From a virus (lineage: Duplodnaviria > Caudoviricetes): a stretch of 61,349 nucleotides of DNA. Shown piece by piece: positions 46,301-55,857 of this stretch (positions within the stretch are counted from its first letter, which is position 1; the number at the start of each line of letters is the position of its first letter). The stretch covers positions 1 through 61,349 of IMG/VR virus record IMGVR_UViG_3300036785_000284. One strand, 5' to 3'. A program made the translations under genes and the position numbers. Below the pieces are notes generated by a model. The model searched no databases. It saw nothing but the letters and a program-made list of their open reading frames with translations, and was not told where the DNA came from.

Positions 46301-49300
46301 GCCACGCGCTGCCGAAGACCGGCCTCACGCACGCCAAGATCACCACGCGTCTGGCCACGGCTGCGCGAGCCGACCTCGCCGCTCATGATGCGCTTCATCA
46401 CTTCGGTGCCGGTCGGCGACGGGTTGCCCCGGAAGGCCCGGCCGATCGCCCCGAAGATCGCCCTGATCTTGGACATGATCGCCGACACCGGGCCGGTCTC
46501 GGGCACCTCGCCGTGCGCCCAGTTCCGGTACATCTCGGCGACCATCTCCTCCTCGCGACCGGCGTCGTTGAGGTGGGCGTAGTCCTTGTCGATCCGCGAC
46601 ACGAGTTCAGGGTCGGAGCGCGCCTGCTTGGCCATCGCTTCCCACTCGCCCGGCTTGAACAGGTTCATCTCGCGCAGCGCGTGGATGACCTCGTGGCCGA
46701 GGGTGCCCATGCGGTCGGCATGGTTGAGCGCGATCTGGATCAGGTGGCGCATCCCCGGGTTCAGGTCCGGCGAGACGTAGCTCCCTCGGGCGTTGTCGGC
46801 CAGCTTGTCGAAGACCTTCAGGTCGACGTCCTTCAGGCCCAGCCGGTCAAGCTCGCGGCGCAGGCTGTCGCGGACGTTGGTCCAGTGCTTCTTGACGTCG
46901 GCGGCCTCGGGCGCGGGTTCACCGCCAAGCCGCTGCTTGCCGCCCTTGACCTCCGCAGGCCCCAGGAGGCCGTTGACCTTGGCTTCCAGAGCGTCGTTGG
47001 ACAGTTTGTAGTTGTCGTTGGTATCGGTCTCGGTGGCGCCCCGAACCAGATCAGCGGCCATGTTCGAGGGCAACAGGCCGTTGTCGCGCGCCTCCCGGAT
47101 GCGGGCCATCAGGTCGCGACGGTCCTTGTCCTGCTGGCTCTCGGTCGTCTCGTCGACCTCGGGGTTGGTCTGGGTGTTGACCCGCTCGACCTTGCCCCGC
47201 TGGGCAAGCTTCTCCTTGGCCTCGACAAGGCGTTCCTTGGTGATCTTGGCCTTGGCCTCAGGAGCGGCCTCTACAGGCTTCTTCGCTGCGGCGGCCTCCT
47301 TGGTGCGCTCGGTCGGCTCGACCGGCTTGGCGGCCTTCTCCAGGGCCTTGGCGGTGGCCTTCTCCTTCGACGCGGCCTTGGCTTTCTCGGCAGCCTTGGG
47401 TTCAGGCTTCGGCTCGGGCTTGAGTTCAGCCTTCGCCTTCGATGCGGCCTTGGCTTTCTCAGCCGCCTTAGGTGCAGGCTTCGGTGCAGGCTTGGCCTCC
47501 TTCTCAGCAGCCGCCTTCTCAGCAGCCGCCTTGTCCGCCGCCGCCTTCTCTGCTGCGGCCGCCTCACGCCGCGCAGCCTCAGCCGCCGCAGCACGCGTCA
47601 TGGGTCGCTCGGCCGGAGCTTCAGGCGTCAGCGCCTGGGCGCGTTCATGCCGGGCGAGTTCTTCCGCCGCATCCTTCTTGCCCTGTTCGAAGTTGGCCCG
47701 GAAGGAACCCTTCTTGGAGACCGGCTCCTTGTGTCGCAGATCGAGCCCGGCCTTGACGCCCTCGGCATGCCATCCCTCCGCCTTCGGCTGGCCACGCGCG
47801 GACTGCTCCTCGGCCAGTTGCTGGCGGATTTGATCCTTCGCGGTCAGCGCCCGCGCCGCCGGTGCGGCGGCCTCGGTCGGTGCAGGCGCCGCAGCCGGTG
47901 CGGGGACTTCGGCAGGCATGGGGGCTTCAGCGGGCGCAGCCTCGGCAGGCGGCGCTTCGGCAGGAGCGGCCTGCTCCGGCTGGGCGCGTTGGCTCTCCAG
48001 GCCCTGGGTACGCCGCTGCGCCACCTCCTCGGGAGTGGGAACGTGCATGCCGCCAGCGGCTTGCTCAGCCCGGGTCCGTCTGGCCGCCTCGCGTTCTAGG
48101 AAGTGCTGACGACCTCCAAGTGCGAACTGCTCGGCAGGGCTCAGGTTGGGCGAAAGTCCAACCGCCTGCATCGCCTGCTGGAACTCACCCACCGGGTCGG
48201 TGATGGCGTCGTTCTTGACGATGTCCTGCACCATCTTGGCGCGGTGGGCCAACGCCTCCGGCGACTGCTGCTTGGCCGCCTCGGCCTGGGCCGCAGCCTG
48301 GGCCTGCTCCATCTGGGTTCGCGCCGACAGGTTGTTGGCCTGATGCTGGGCCAGCTGTTGGTTCAGCGCGTCCAAGCCGGGGTTCGGCTCAGCGGGAGCT
48401 TCCCGCAGCGGACCCATGTCGGTGACGATGTTCGGGCCTCTCGCCTCGGCCAGTCGGTTGGCGATCTTCGTCGCAGCTTCCAGCACGTCTTCCCGCTGCG
48501 CCAGCCGTTGCTCCTCGAAACGGGCGTTCTCCTCCGACATGCCGGGCGCGCTCTGCGTCAACGCGTCGTGCGCAGCCGCTAGGCTGGCGCGCTCATTGGC
48601 AATCGCAGTCGCCGCGCTCTCGCCGTTGGTGGCCGACGCCTGGGCCAACGCCTTGGCCAGGACCGGCGCCTGCTGGACATCGGTGGTCCCGGCGATGTCT
48701 TCGATCTGTCGCAGCAGCGCCTGCGGCGTCACACTGGAGACATCGACGCCAGCATTGACCGCCTCGCCGGGTGTGCCGGGCTGACCGGCAAAACCCTGTA
48801 TGCCGCCGCCACGGATGATCTGCGCCTCGGTCGTCCGGCGCTCGGGGTTGGCGCTCAGCTGCTCCACCGAGGAGGCGATCTTGTTGGTGTCGCCGGAGCG
48901 AACCGCAGACGCCACCGACGCGGGCAGGTGGCCGTAGTTGTAGGCCACCGACAGCAGCGCCGCCTGGGTGTCGCTGTTCAGGCTGTCCCATTTCGGGCCG
49001 ACCGCCTTCCGCACCGAAGGTGTGAACTGCATGTTCAACCTGCGCTGCAGGTCGCGGTTGGCCCCAGGCTTGTCGACCACGTCTCCCTGCTTGGTCGGCC
49101 GGACGTTGCCGTTCTCGTCGGTGACCGTGTCGGAGCCGTAGCCCACGCGCCAGTGGTTGACGTCCCAGTAAGCCTTGTCGGAGAACCCCTCGTACCCCTG
49201 CACCATCTGGCTGGCGCGGTCGATCGTATCCGTGGGCGACGCGAGTTGAAGCTGTGCGCCGGGTGCGCCCGCATAAACCGTACTGCTGTCGGCAGGCGCG

Positions 49301-50298
49301 GGAAGCCCTGGAGGTGTCGGCGCGGGAAGCGCCAGCTGACCAGGGATGGGGCCTTGCGTTGGACTTTCGCCGGTCGGCGCAGGTAGCGCCTGCTGGGGTG
49401 CGGGCAGCGCCAGCGGAGCCGGGGGCTGATCCTCCGCAGCGGGCGGCGGCGGGGGAGCCTTGCCCAGCACATGGTGGACGCCGCCAATCACCGCGCCGGT
49501 CGCCGCGCCTTTGACAGCGCCCATCAGGATGTCGTTGGTATCCCCCTCCGTCACTTGACCCGTCGAGCCGTAGTCCTCGGCCGCTGCCGACCCACCGCCG
49601 ACCGCAGCCTGGGTCAGGGCCTCCGTCGCCACCTTCTGGCCAAGGGTCATCGCACCCTTCTTCAGGGTGCCGGTGGCCAGCTTGCCAGCGACGCGACCCG
49701 CCGGGCCCAGCATGTTCAGGCCGGTAACCGCCGCAGCCCCGGCAATGGCGGCCCCTGGATCGTCGATCCCCGCCTTGTCCTGGCGCTCGCGCTGGCTGCC
49801 GTAGCTCTGCACGGCGAGCGGCAGGTACTCACCCAGCAGGCCAAGGCCGCCGCCGATGACCGCACCAGGGACCGTGCCTTCCGGGCCGATCAGCGAACCG
49901 ATCGCCCCGCCTACCCTCGCCCCGCCCGCCAAGGCCGCGAACTGCGGCGCAAACTCGCCAGCCGTCTCCTCGCCGAACTTGAAGGGATGCTGGACGATGT
50001 CGCCCAGGCTGGTGATGGACGACGGGTTCTGCTGCTCCAGCTTCTCGCCGTACTCCTCGCCCGGCTTCCACGGCAGGCCAACATCCTGAGCAGCACGCGA
50101 GGTACCGGCGATCATGCCGCCAATGCTGCGCTTCACACTCGGTAGAAAACCCGACGGCGTCGCGGGCGGCGGCGGTGCCGCGTTGCTGTCGTCGCCTTTC
50201 ATGTAGCTGGGGTACGACCCCATCGGCACCACGGTGGTCCCGGGTGGGGCGAGTGTCCCGCCGTAGTCTGAAGGATCGCGAAGATCAGGATCAGCCAC
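43354..50298 (-). CDS. Large internal virion / DNA-ejection protein with GH24-like lysozyme, HExxH and PLxRFG-like domains
   Basis: 'YEGFSDKAYWDVNHWRVGYG', 'LGHEVIHAL...EEE', 'YSPMKRQGRF'; last gene of the structural arm. Confidence 0.85.
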   Translation of the reverse strand: MADPDLRDPSDYGGTLAPPGTTVVPMGSYPSYMKGDDSNAAPPPPATPSGFLPSVKRSIGGMIAGTSRAAQDVGLPWKPGEEYGEKLEQQNPSSITSLGDIVQHPFKFGEETAGEFAPQFAALAGGARVGGAIGSLIGPEGTVPGAVIGGGLGLLGEYLPLAVQSYGSQRERQDKAGIDDPGAAIAGAAAVTGLNMLGPAGRVAGKLATGTLKKGAMTLGQKVATEALTQAAVGGGSAAAEDYGSTGQVTEGDTNDILMGAVKGAATGAVIGGVHHVLGKAPPPPPAAEDQPPAPLALPAPQQALPAPTGESPTQGPIPGQLALPAPTPPGLPAPADSSTVYAGAPGAQLQLASPTDTIDRASQMVQGYEGFSDKAYWDVNHWRVGYGSDTVTDENGNVRPTKQGDVVDKPGANRDLQRRLNMQFTPSVRKAVGPKWDSLNSDTQAALLSVAYNYGHLPASVASAVRSGDTNKIASSVEQLSANPERRTTEAQIIRGGGIQGFAGQPGTPGEAVNAGVDVSSVTPQALLRQIEDIAGTTDVQQAPVLAKALAQASATNGESAATAIANERASLAAAHDALTQSAPGMSEENARFEEQRLAQREDVLEAATKIANRLAEARGPNIVTDMGPLREAPAEPNPGLDALNQQLAQHQANNLSARTQMEQAQAAAQAEAAKQQSPEALAHRAKMVQDIVKNDAITDPVGEFQQAMQAVGLSPNLSPAEQFALGGRQHFLEREAARRTRAEQAAGGMHVPTPEEVAQRRTQGLESQRAQPEQAAPAEAPPAEAAPAEAPMPAEVPAPAAAPAPTEAAAPAARALTAKDQIRQQLAEEQSARGQPKAEGWHAEGVKAGLDLRHKEPVSKKGSFRANFEQGKKDAAEELARHERAQALTPEAPAERPMTRAAAAEAARREAAAAEKAAADKAAAEKAAAEKEAKPAPKPAPKAAEKAKAASKAKAELKPEPKPEPKAAEKAKAASKEKATAKALEKAAKPVEPTERTKEAAAAKKPVEAAPEAKAKITKERLVEAKEKLAQRGKVERVNTQTNPEVDETTESQQDKDRRDLMARIREARDNGLLPSNMAADLVRGATETDTNDNYKLSNDALEAKVNGLLGPAEVKGGKQRLGGEPAPEAADVKKHWTNVRDSLRRELDRLGLKDVDLKVFDKLADNARGSYVSPDLNPGMRHLIQIALNHADRMGTLGHEVIHALREMNLFKPGEWEAMAKQARSDPELVSRIDKDYAHLNDAGREEEMVAEMYRNWAHGEVPETGPVSAIMSKIRAIFGAIGRAFRGNPSPTGTEVMKRIMSGEVGSRSRGQTRGDLGVREAGLRQRVASKDDERDLPPRMKTPAARIKRNAVQQAGENLRVSAADLLKKGSFLLSSTHDIAATAAKLHQMPSAAKMVDLYSRSFARSRETIESVLKQKDDYHDLPAKYRGTMPGSVSEFLYDSNVAGKWGFKPDWAPNAVLDPELVKRYNAMKADGSGGAKAAKVISDVFQKNYELRNELRGAMTGAINTEYEPQIAAAKSDAERADLQQQQKRAQAYANRIFDTADDKPYSPMKRQGRFAIVAKSAAFRAAEKAQDWDAVDRMVDDDRHHYVDFRDSVHEAKQMAEDMGEHFNGKNDYVSYFERGSDEENNAFEHGDLFLPLKKMAEAIAANRTLSEKAKKEMTRVARDIYLHSVSENSALKAELGRKGVPAKNLKTGEVPDMMKAHVSRAMATANYVSSLANSGEMRQHLEGMKQELHDMGGDARTQAQLYHNEIMYRYMATQGRPPARVVDRIVRGTSLYTVLSQPFYYVQNSAQNVQFAQPLLAAKFGYFKSAGEFNKAYGDFFKMTHGMNPLQDRVSFDNVPPDIAQAVHQLLIDGHLDAGFAAESGAWEMSGEGVLPTTFNRADRFTRRFPQFVEIMNRTTSGIAAYRLAIADGQTHDQAVATAKQLIVDAHGDYSGFNAPGAFHRLGNASKIILQFKKFQMNEGAMLLREFRKTFQGATPEEKLEGVKSLAFISAHALALSGITGLPAAGLAGWAMGYLLNTLDPDRKKREWTDWHHSLRETLGAGKEGAKKDFLSDFLYKGAPYALGLDLSDKLGMGNVAALMPQGSEKAFDSPDEWYQTVGKVLGGATGGIVSRAVGALDYGISTGDWEKMIEGFAPSVVSNTAKAIRLNQQGMQARGGERLMAPGKFGLGQSLLLASGITPSMLSTQSEKTNEVYDATKYYQSIDDQMKNRWVRASQDGDVKTMGALRQDWIAIQQAKRRDGFLPTPMTEMIQARREAMRRQAHTLGGVEFGRANRRFVMDGEDAFAADPTNQPTEATP

Positions 50299-50308
50299 CT
50301 ACTCGCCC

Positions 50309-52396
50309 CTAACGGTTGCCACCGGCCCCATAGCGCTGGGCGGCGTCAGCCACGATCTGCTGCATGGCGTCGGTGTTTGCAGGGTTCGCCGTGCTGCTCG
50401 CAACGCCTCGCCGTACCTCTGCAGCTCTAACGGCGTCGGCCGCCTGCTTCTCCGCCAGCTGCACGCGTGGCGCGTTCCTCGCGACTGTGTTCCATGCCGC
50501 CGCGCGTCTGCCGGGATCGGTCTCAGCCATCGCAGCCGCAATCAGCTTGTCGTGCCCGACCCGCAGATTGTGAGCCTGGGCCGGGGTCGATATAGCCGGA
50601 GCGGCAGCAGGCGCGGCAGCGGGGGCGGCAGCGGGGGCCGCAGCGGGGGCCGCAGCAGGCGCGGCTGCGGGCCCGGCCGCTGCGGCTGCGGGTGGGCCAG
50701 CGGTGCTGCCACGCGCAGCCCTCACGGTCGCCATGGCTTTGGCGGGGTCCTTGGTGCCGTACGCACCATGGGCCAACTGATCGTTTGCAAATCCGATCGC
50801 CTTGCCGCCGTCGTCCCCGAACAGCCACTGTTTGCCCTTGCTGTCGTAGGCTGCAAACTGGTTCTGCCCGTCCGGCGTACGCACGACATTCACCAGACCG
50901 TTGCTCACCACCGGGGTGGTGTTCCAATACTTCGTCTCAGCGTTGATCGCCTGTATCCGGGCGTTCTGGGCGTTGCGAATGACCGCGAACGTGTTGGGGT
51001 CGACGGCGCTGTCTGTCGTCACGAAGCCGGAGGGCGTCGTGACCGCACCCTCGGCGGCCCAGGCCCGCGCGCCGGACGGGTCGAGGATCGACGAGTACGG
51101 CTTGGAATACTTCTGGGTCCGACCGTAGAAGGCGGTCGCCCTATCGGCCAGGGTCTGCTCCATCCCGGTCTTGGCTGTCATCGACCCGGCCGTGGCGCGG
51201 GCCTGATCAGCAGTCGCCGCCTCCGCCGACGTCTTGGCGCGGGTGGCCACCATGTTCTGATATTCCTCCCGCGACGTCAGGGCCAGCTTGTGCCGCTCGT
51301 CAGGCCCCATGTCCTTGGCCATGAACGCCTGAAGTTCGCCCGTCGTGAGGTTGTTGTAGACCGGCGACATAGTCTTGTTGCCGTCTTTGTCAGTGTCCTG
51401 CGCCGCAATGTTGTAGAGCGTATCGCCGTCCTTCGTGATCGTACGGGTAACCTGGGCAGGCCGCCCTATAATATCTTGAGCATGATTGTTGAGTTCGCTC
51501 GACGTCATGTACGGAATGTTGCGGACGTACGTGTCCTGCACCAGCTTGGTGTAGTTCTGGTAAGCCTCGTTCGCCTTGTCGATCTGGTGTGCGGCGGCAT
51601 ACGCCTTCGCAAGGTAAAGCTGCTGATCGGTCAGCGTCGCGGGCCGCATGAGAGCGCCGTTGGTTCCGGCGACGGGGACTTGGCTCGGCGTGGGCGGTAC
51701 GCCGGGAGGAGAAGGCTGCGCGATATCAAGTCCGACCGGAGTGGTCGTAGGCGCGGCGGGGGTCGCTGGCGAGACCGGACCGCCTGCCAGGGCTGCGCCG
51801 GTGACCGGAGCCTGGGCCGCAGGCGGGGCGGCTGCTGGAGCGCCTGAAGCAGGCGTAGGTCCGGGTCCGGCCGTGGGTATCGGTGCAGGCGCAGCCGCAG
51901 GTGCGGGTGCGGGTGCGGGTCCGGCCGTGGGTATCGGTGCAGGCGCAGCCGCAGGTGCGGGTCCGGCGGGCGGCGCAGGCGGAAGCGCTCCGGGATCAAA
52001 CCCCGCAGTTCCATCTGGTGCGGGCGCTGCGACTGGAGCACCGACCCCCGCAGCAGCTGCGGTGCCTGCGACGGTGCGGGGATGAAACACGTCGGCAAGC
52101 TTGCCCATGAAACTCGACAGCCCTGCCGGGGGCGGGTTGGGCGGCAACGGCGGCGGCGTGGCGTTTTTCAATAGGGTGTCGACGCCGCCCATGCCGATCG
52201 GTGTCTGTCCAACGACCGGGGCTGCTCCGATCTGGCTGGACAGAACGTCCTCACGCTGCGTGGCCGCCCGCTTGCGAGAAGCTTCGTCAGCAGCATCCTG
52301 GGTCTGCTGCTCTCGCGCAGCGATCTCGCTGCCCTTCTCAAGGCCCTCAGACAAACCGCCAGCGAAGTGGCCAAGGCCGACCAGAAAATCCGCCAT
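50309..52396 (-). CDS. Internal virion (ejection) protein with Pro/Ala-rich linkers
   Basis: N-terminal amphipathic 'LGHFAGGLSEGL'; position between the other ejection genes. Confidence 0.7.
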   Translation of the reverse strand: MADFLVGLGHFAGGLSEGLEKGSEIAAREQQTQDAADEASRKRAATQREDVLSSQIGAAPVVGQTPIGMGGVDTLLKNATPPPLPPNPPPAGLSSFMGKLADVFHPRTVAGTAAAAGVGAPVAAPAPDGTAGFDPGALPPAPPAGPAPAAAPAPIPTAGPAPAPAPAAAPAPIPTAGPGPTPASGAPAAAPPAAQAPVTGAALAGGPVSPATPAAPTTTPVGLDIAQPSPPGVPPTPSQVPVAGTNGALMRPATLTDQQLYLAKAYAAAHQIDKANEAYQNYTKLVQDTYVRNIPYMTSSELNNHAQDIIGRPAQVTRTITKDGDTLYNIAAQDTDKDGNKTMSPVYNNLTTGELQAFMAKDMGPDERHKLALTSREEYQNMVATRAKTSAEAATADQARATAGSMTAKTGMEQTLADRATAFYGRTQKYSKPYSSILDPSGARAWAAEGAVTTPSGFVTTDSAVDPNTFAVIRNAQNARIQAINAETKYWNTTPVVSNGLVNVVRTPDGQNQFAAYDSKGKQWLFGDDGGKAIGFANDQLAHGAYGTKDPAKAMATVRAARGSTAGPPAAAAAGPAAAPAAAPAAAPAAAPAAAPAAAPAISTPAQAHNLRVGHDKLIAAAMAETDPGRRAAAWNTVARNAPRVQLAEKQAADAVRAAEVRRGVASSTANPANTDAMQQIVADAAQRYGAGGNR
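51862..51962. repeat. Intragenic direct repeat (2 x 47 bp, 54-bp period)
   Basis: Encodes PAPAAAPAPIPTAGP twice. Confidence 0.8.
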
Positions 52397-53469
52397 CAGA
52401 CTGCGACCTTGCCGTAGTCGAGCATCTTGTAGCCACCGGGCCCGGTGACCACCGCCTCAGGGAACACCGGCTCGACCTCGTCGGCCATGTAGCCGTAGCG
52501 CAGCGGCGCGCTATCCGGCTCCCAGATGTAGTGGAACATCCACACCCCGATGTCGTGGGCCAGGGTGGCGATCCGCTTGGTGTGCTTCTTGAGGCGGCGA
52601 TCAGAAAAGATATTCCCGGCAACAGAACTCGCAACACCGCCAGCACCGGGCGCGGCGGCTGAGAGCGCCGCGCCGCCCAGCGTCCCGACCAGCTGACCGA
52701 TCCCGGCCAACGGTGACGGCTGCGCCATTGCGGTCTTCTGCAGGGTGGTGAAGGCGTCGAGGTTCGCGCCGTAGGCTTTCTGAGCGAGGCCCAGGCCCGC
52801 GTTGACGTTGGCCGCGCCACCGGGAACCACGGCGGCGGTCTGGTTGGCGCCCGACGTCCCGGCGCTCGACGCGCCACTGGCCGCGCCGGAGAACCCCAGG
52901 ATGCCCGACTGGCCGCCGCGCCCGAAGTTGGCGGCGTCGCTGGTCAGCTGCATCCCAAGCTGTTGCGCGCCCCTGCGTGCGTCGGTGGCGGCCTTGGCCT
53001 GCACGGCGGCGTTCTGCACCGCCATGTCGCTGGACGCCGACAGAGCGGCCGGGCTGGTGGGGTCGACCCCCAGGCTCTGCATCTGGCGGGCCTGGGTCGC
53101 GGCCTGTCCGGCCTGCGCCGTGCGCGCGTCGCCGATCGCCGCCTGCGCCTGCTCCTCCTGCTTGGCGGGCGCGGAGTAGTCCTGCACCATCTTGTAGTAG
53201 GCGTCCTCGGCGGGGATGCCGAGTTGCTGGTAGCGCTGGTTCTGTAGCTGAGCTTCGCTCTGCGTCAGGTTGAAGATTTGCTGCTGCTGGGCGGTGTTCT
53301 GCTGGCTCGCCGCCGTCGCCGAGGTCAGCGATGGCGCGACGTACTGGTTGTAGAAGTTCTCGTTCCAGTTCTCGGCCTGCTGCGCGGTAGAGGCGTTGGA
53401 GGCGGCGGCAGCGGCGACCTGGGGGTCGGGTGCGGCGGCATTACCCTTGCGGAACCAGCGGCTATGCAT
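52396..53469 (-). CDS. Internal virion / pilot protein with C-terminal S74-like domain
   Basis: Q/A/G-rich body; 'SDRRLKK...GYMADEV...YKMLDY'. Confidence 0.75.
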   Translation of the reverse strand: MHSRWFRKGNAAAPDPQVAAAAASNASTAQQAENWNENFYNQYVAPSLTSATAASQQNTAQQQQIFNLTQSEAQLQNQRYQQLGIPAEDAYYKMVQDYSAPAKQEEQAQAAIGDARTAQAGQAATQARQMQSLGVDPTSPAALSASSDMAVQNAAVQAKAATDARRGAQQLGMQLTSDAANFGRGGQSGILGFSGAASGASSAGTSGANQTAAVVPGGAANVNAGLGLAQKAYGANLDAFTTLQKTAMAQPSPLAGIGQLVGTLGGAALSAAAPGAGGVASSVAGNIFSDRRLKKHTKRIATLAHDIGVWMFHYIWEPDSAPLRYGYMADEVEPVFPEAVVTGPGGYKMLDYGKVAV

Positions 53470-53875
53470 AGCGGCACTCCTGCCGGAACATGCGATAGAT
53501 CAAGACGTCTACGCCGTCACGCCCGGCCTTGCTGAGCACGGCCTCCATGGTGAACCCGAGGGCGACCACGAAAGCCCGACTAGGGTAGTTGGTTTCTTCC
53601 ACCCATACGGTCACCCGCGCAAGACCGGCGGTGATGAAGATGTACTTGAACGTCTCGTGCAGGGCGTGCCGGGTCAGCCACTTCTTGCTGCCATCCGAGG
53701 CCACGTGCATCCAGCAGTTATGCGTGGTGAAGGTGTCGAAGATCACCGCAGCGGTGATCACCCCGTTGCGGGTCTGCACCAGACCCTTCATGTCCTGGGT
53801 GCGGCCGATGTAGTAGTGGCCACGGATGAAGCTGTAGGCCGCCTCGGGGTCGGAGATGACGGCGTAGCGGTTCAC
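53462..53875 (-). CDS. GNAT-family acetyltransferase
   Basis: 'FKYIF...ARVTVWVEETNYPSRAFVVALGFTMEA'. Confidence 0.8.
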   Translation of the reverse strand: MNRYAVISDPEAAYSFIRGHYYIGRTQDMKGLVQTRNGVITAAVIFDTFTTHNCWMHVASDGSKKWLTRHALHETFKYIFITAGLARVTVWVEETNYPSRAFVVALGFTMEAVLSKAGRDGVDVLIYRMFRQECRYA

Positions 53876-54063
53876 GGACCCGTCTTCAGCGCCTTCAGTT
53901 CCTTCGTCAACCGGGCGATCTCGGCGTTGGCCACGGTCATCGACGCGCCGATGCTGTCCAGCCGTGCGGTGTTCTCCATGGTCGCCCGACGCATGGCCTG
54001 CAGCAGTTCGTAGAGCCCGGGATTGTCCAGCCTCGGGACGTCGGGGAACGACCTACTGACCAC
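53872..54063 (-). CDS. Small coiled-coil virion protein
   Basis: GTG start; coupled at both ends. Confidence 0.5.
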   Translation of the reverse strand: MVSRSFPDVPRLDNPGLYELLQAMRRATMENTARLDSIGASMTVANAEIARLTKELKALKTGP

Positions 54064-55855
54064 GCATGATCTCCTGCATCGTCGTGGCGAAGTGCAGGCT
54101 GCGCACGTTGATGTTGCCGAGGATCGAGACCTCAAGCTCGCGCGACTTGAACGGCGGGATGCGGATCGGGTCCAGCGTGCCGGGAGACAGGTTGGCCATC
54201 AGGTTCCCGTCGTCGCCGTAGATCACCACCTGAATGGTCCGCGACGAGGCAGGCGGCGGCAGGTTGACCAGTATCGAGCCGTCGAGGTCCCAGGTGTTCA
54301 TCGGCACCGAGTTCAGCGCGCTCTGCAGGTCGCCCGGGAAGTGGCTGTTGTTCCAGGCGATGGCGGCGTTGTAGGCGGCCTCGTAGGCGGCCATGTTGGT
54401 CAGCTGGTCGTACTCGGCGTCGAGCCGCATCAGGCTGAAGGTCGAGGCTCCCTCGAACAGGAAGCGCTTGGACTTCCACTCGTAGTCCAGCGGCGTCGTT
54501 TCGTCGGCGTCCAGTTGGTAGACCTTGTGGTCGGTGTCGTTGACGTAGAACAGGAACCCGTTCCTGGCGTCGGTGTGCAGCGCGATGGCCGGGATTTGCA
54601 GGTTGGACAGCGCCGGGGGATCGGTGCGGCTGAGCACGATCGCCTTCGACGGTTCCTGATTGGGGAACACACCGAAGTACCTCCCCTGGAGGATCGTCGA
54701 CTTCATGGTCAACGGGATCAGCGGTCGCCACTCGTCGGCGGTGAACAGGTTGGAGGTGACGATGCCGCGCACCGCGTCCGAGAGCAGCACCAGTCCGTTG
54801 GGGCTGGCGTAGATGATCCCATCTTCATCCGAGGCGATGGTCGACTTGTAGACGCACGGCTCCGGCAGTGGGACCTTCTCGGTATACATCGCGCCTGGGT
54901 CGCCGCCGTGGATGAAGGTCGGGTAGGTGCTGCTCATCACCGCCACTGAAGACCCGACCACGCCCAGGCCGATGATCGCCAGCACCGGCAAGGTGATGGC
55001 GTACTTCGGCGGCCACGCGTGCGGATGGTAGGGCTCGGAGAACCACACCGTGTTGCCGGAGAAGCCCGCCAACGTCCCGGTCGGCAGGGCGACCAGACCG
55101 GCAAGGTTGGCCGGTGGCGGCAGCCAACCCTCGGTCGGCAGGACTTCTCCCAGTTGGGCGACCGTCAGGGTGTCGGCGTAGGACGCGGTGGCCACTGGTA
55201 TCTCGGCGACGAACTCGTAGGTCACCGTCGTGGCCCCATCCACGGTGCGGTAGATGCGCCGCGAGGTGATGTTCTCGGCGGCCACCGGGGCGGCGAACCC
55301 GGAGATGGTCACCGTCGAGCCGACCTCGGGAACGTCGATGGTCGCCGGGGCCGAGGGTGCGCTCTCGTTCTGCACGGAGCCGAAGGTCTGCACGTTGGTG
55401 TAGACGTAGACCCGCGTCTCTATCGTGCCGGTGCCGCTGACCGTCAGCGCCAGCGCCGGTGCGCTCGGCGGCACGGTCATGCCCAGCGGCATCGAGGCGG
55501 ACGGGTAAGGCTCGGCCCCGCCGCTCGCCATCGCATAGTTGCTCTGCTTCGGAACCCCGTCGCCGGTGTAGTAGAAGCGGCACTCCCCATTGGTGTCGGC
55601 CAGCGGGCTCATCACCACGTTGACGTCGGTGGTCCACAGCAGGAAGACCGACGCCCCCGCCAGATTGAACAGCCGGTACAGCGTCTGGTAGGCGGCGTTC
55701 GGCGGCGCATAGACCATCGTCGGCCCACGCCAATAGCGAAGCTCCGTACTGTAGAGCTTCACGTTGTTGGCGATCTGCGAGAACGTCGCGGCCATCTCGG
55801 TCGGCGACATCCTCGGGATCATCCCGTCAAAGGCGGCGAGCCGTATTGCAGACAT
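54053..55855 (-). CDS. Tail nozzle / stabilisation protein
   Basis: 600 aa, beta-rich; 'WFSEPYHPHAWP', 'YASPNGLV', 'YEWKSKRF'. Confidence 0.75.
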   Translation of the reverse strand: MSAIRLAAFDGMIPRMSPTEMAATFSQIANNVKLYSTELRYWRGPTMVYAPPNAAYQTLYRLFNLAGASVFLLWTTDVNVVMSPLADTNGECRFYYTGDGVPKQSNYAMASGGAEPYPSASMPLGMTVPPSAPALALTVSGTGTIETRVYVYTNVQTFGSVQNESAPSAPATIDVPEVGSTVTISGFAAPVAAENITSRRIYRTVDGATTVTYEFVAEIPVATASYADTLTVAQLGEVLPTEGWLPPPANLAGLVALPTGTLAGFSGNTVWFSEPYHPHAWPPKYAITLPVLAIIGLGVVGSSVAVMSSTYPTFIHGGDPGAMYTEKVPLPEPCVYKSTIASDEDGIIYASPNGLVLLSDAVRGIVTSNLFTADEWRPLIPLTMKSTILQGRYFGVFPNQEPSKAIVLSRTDPPALSNLQIPAIALHTDARNGFLFYVNDTDHKVYQLDADETTPLDYEWKSKRFLFEGASTFSLMRLDAEYDQLTNMAAYEAAYNAAIAWNNSHFPGDLQSALNSVPMNTWDLDGSILVNLPPPASSRTIQVVIYGDDGNLMANLSPGTLDPIRIPPFKSRELEVSILGNINVRSLHFATTMQEIMRGQ

Positions 55856-55857
55856 GG

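Noticed and set aside
47220-47600. Ala/Lys/Glu repeats as a TolA-like or histone-like gene
   Set aside because: This is a low-complexity linker inside the 2314-aa virion protein.
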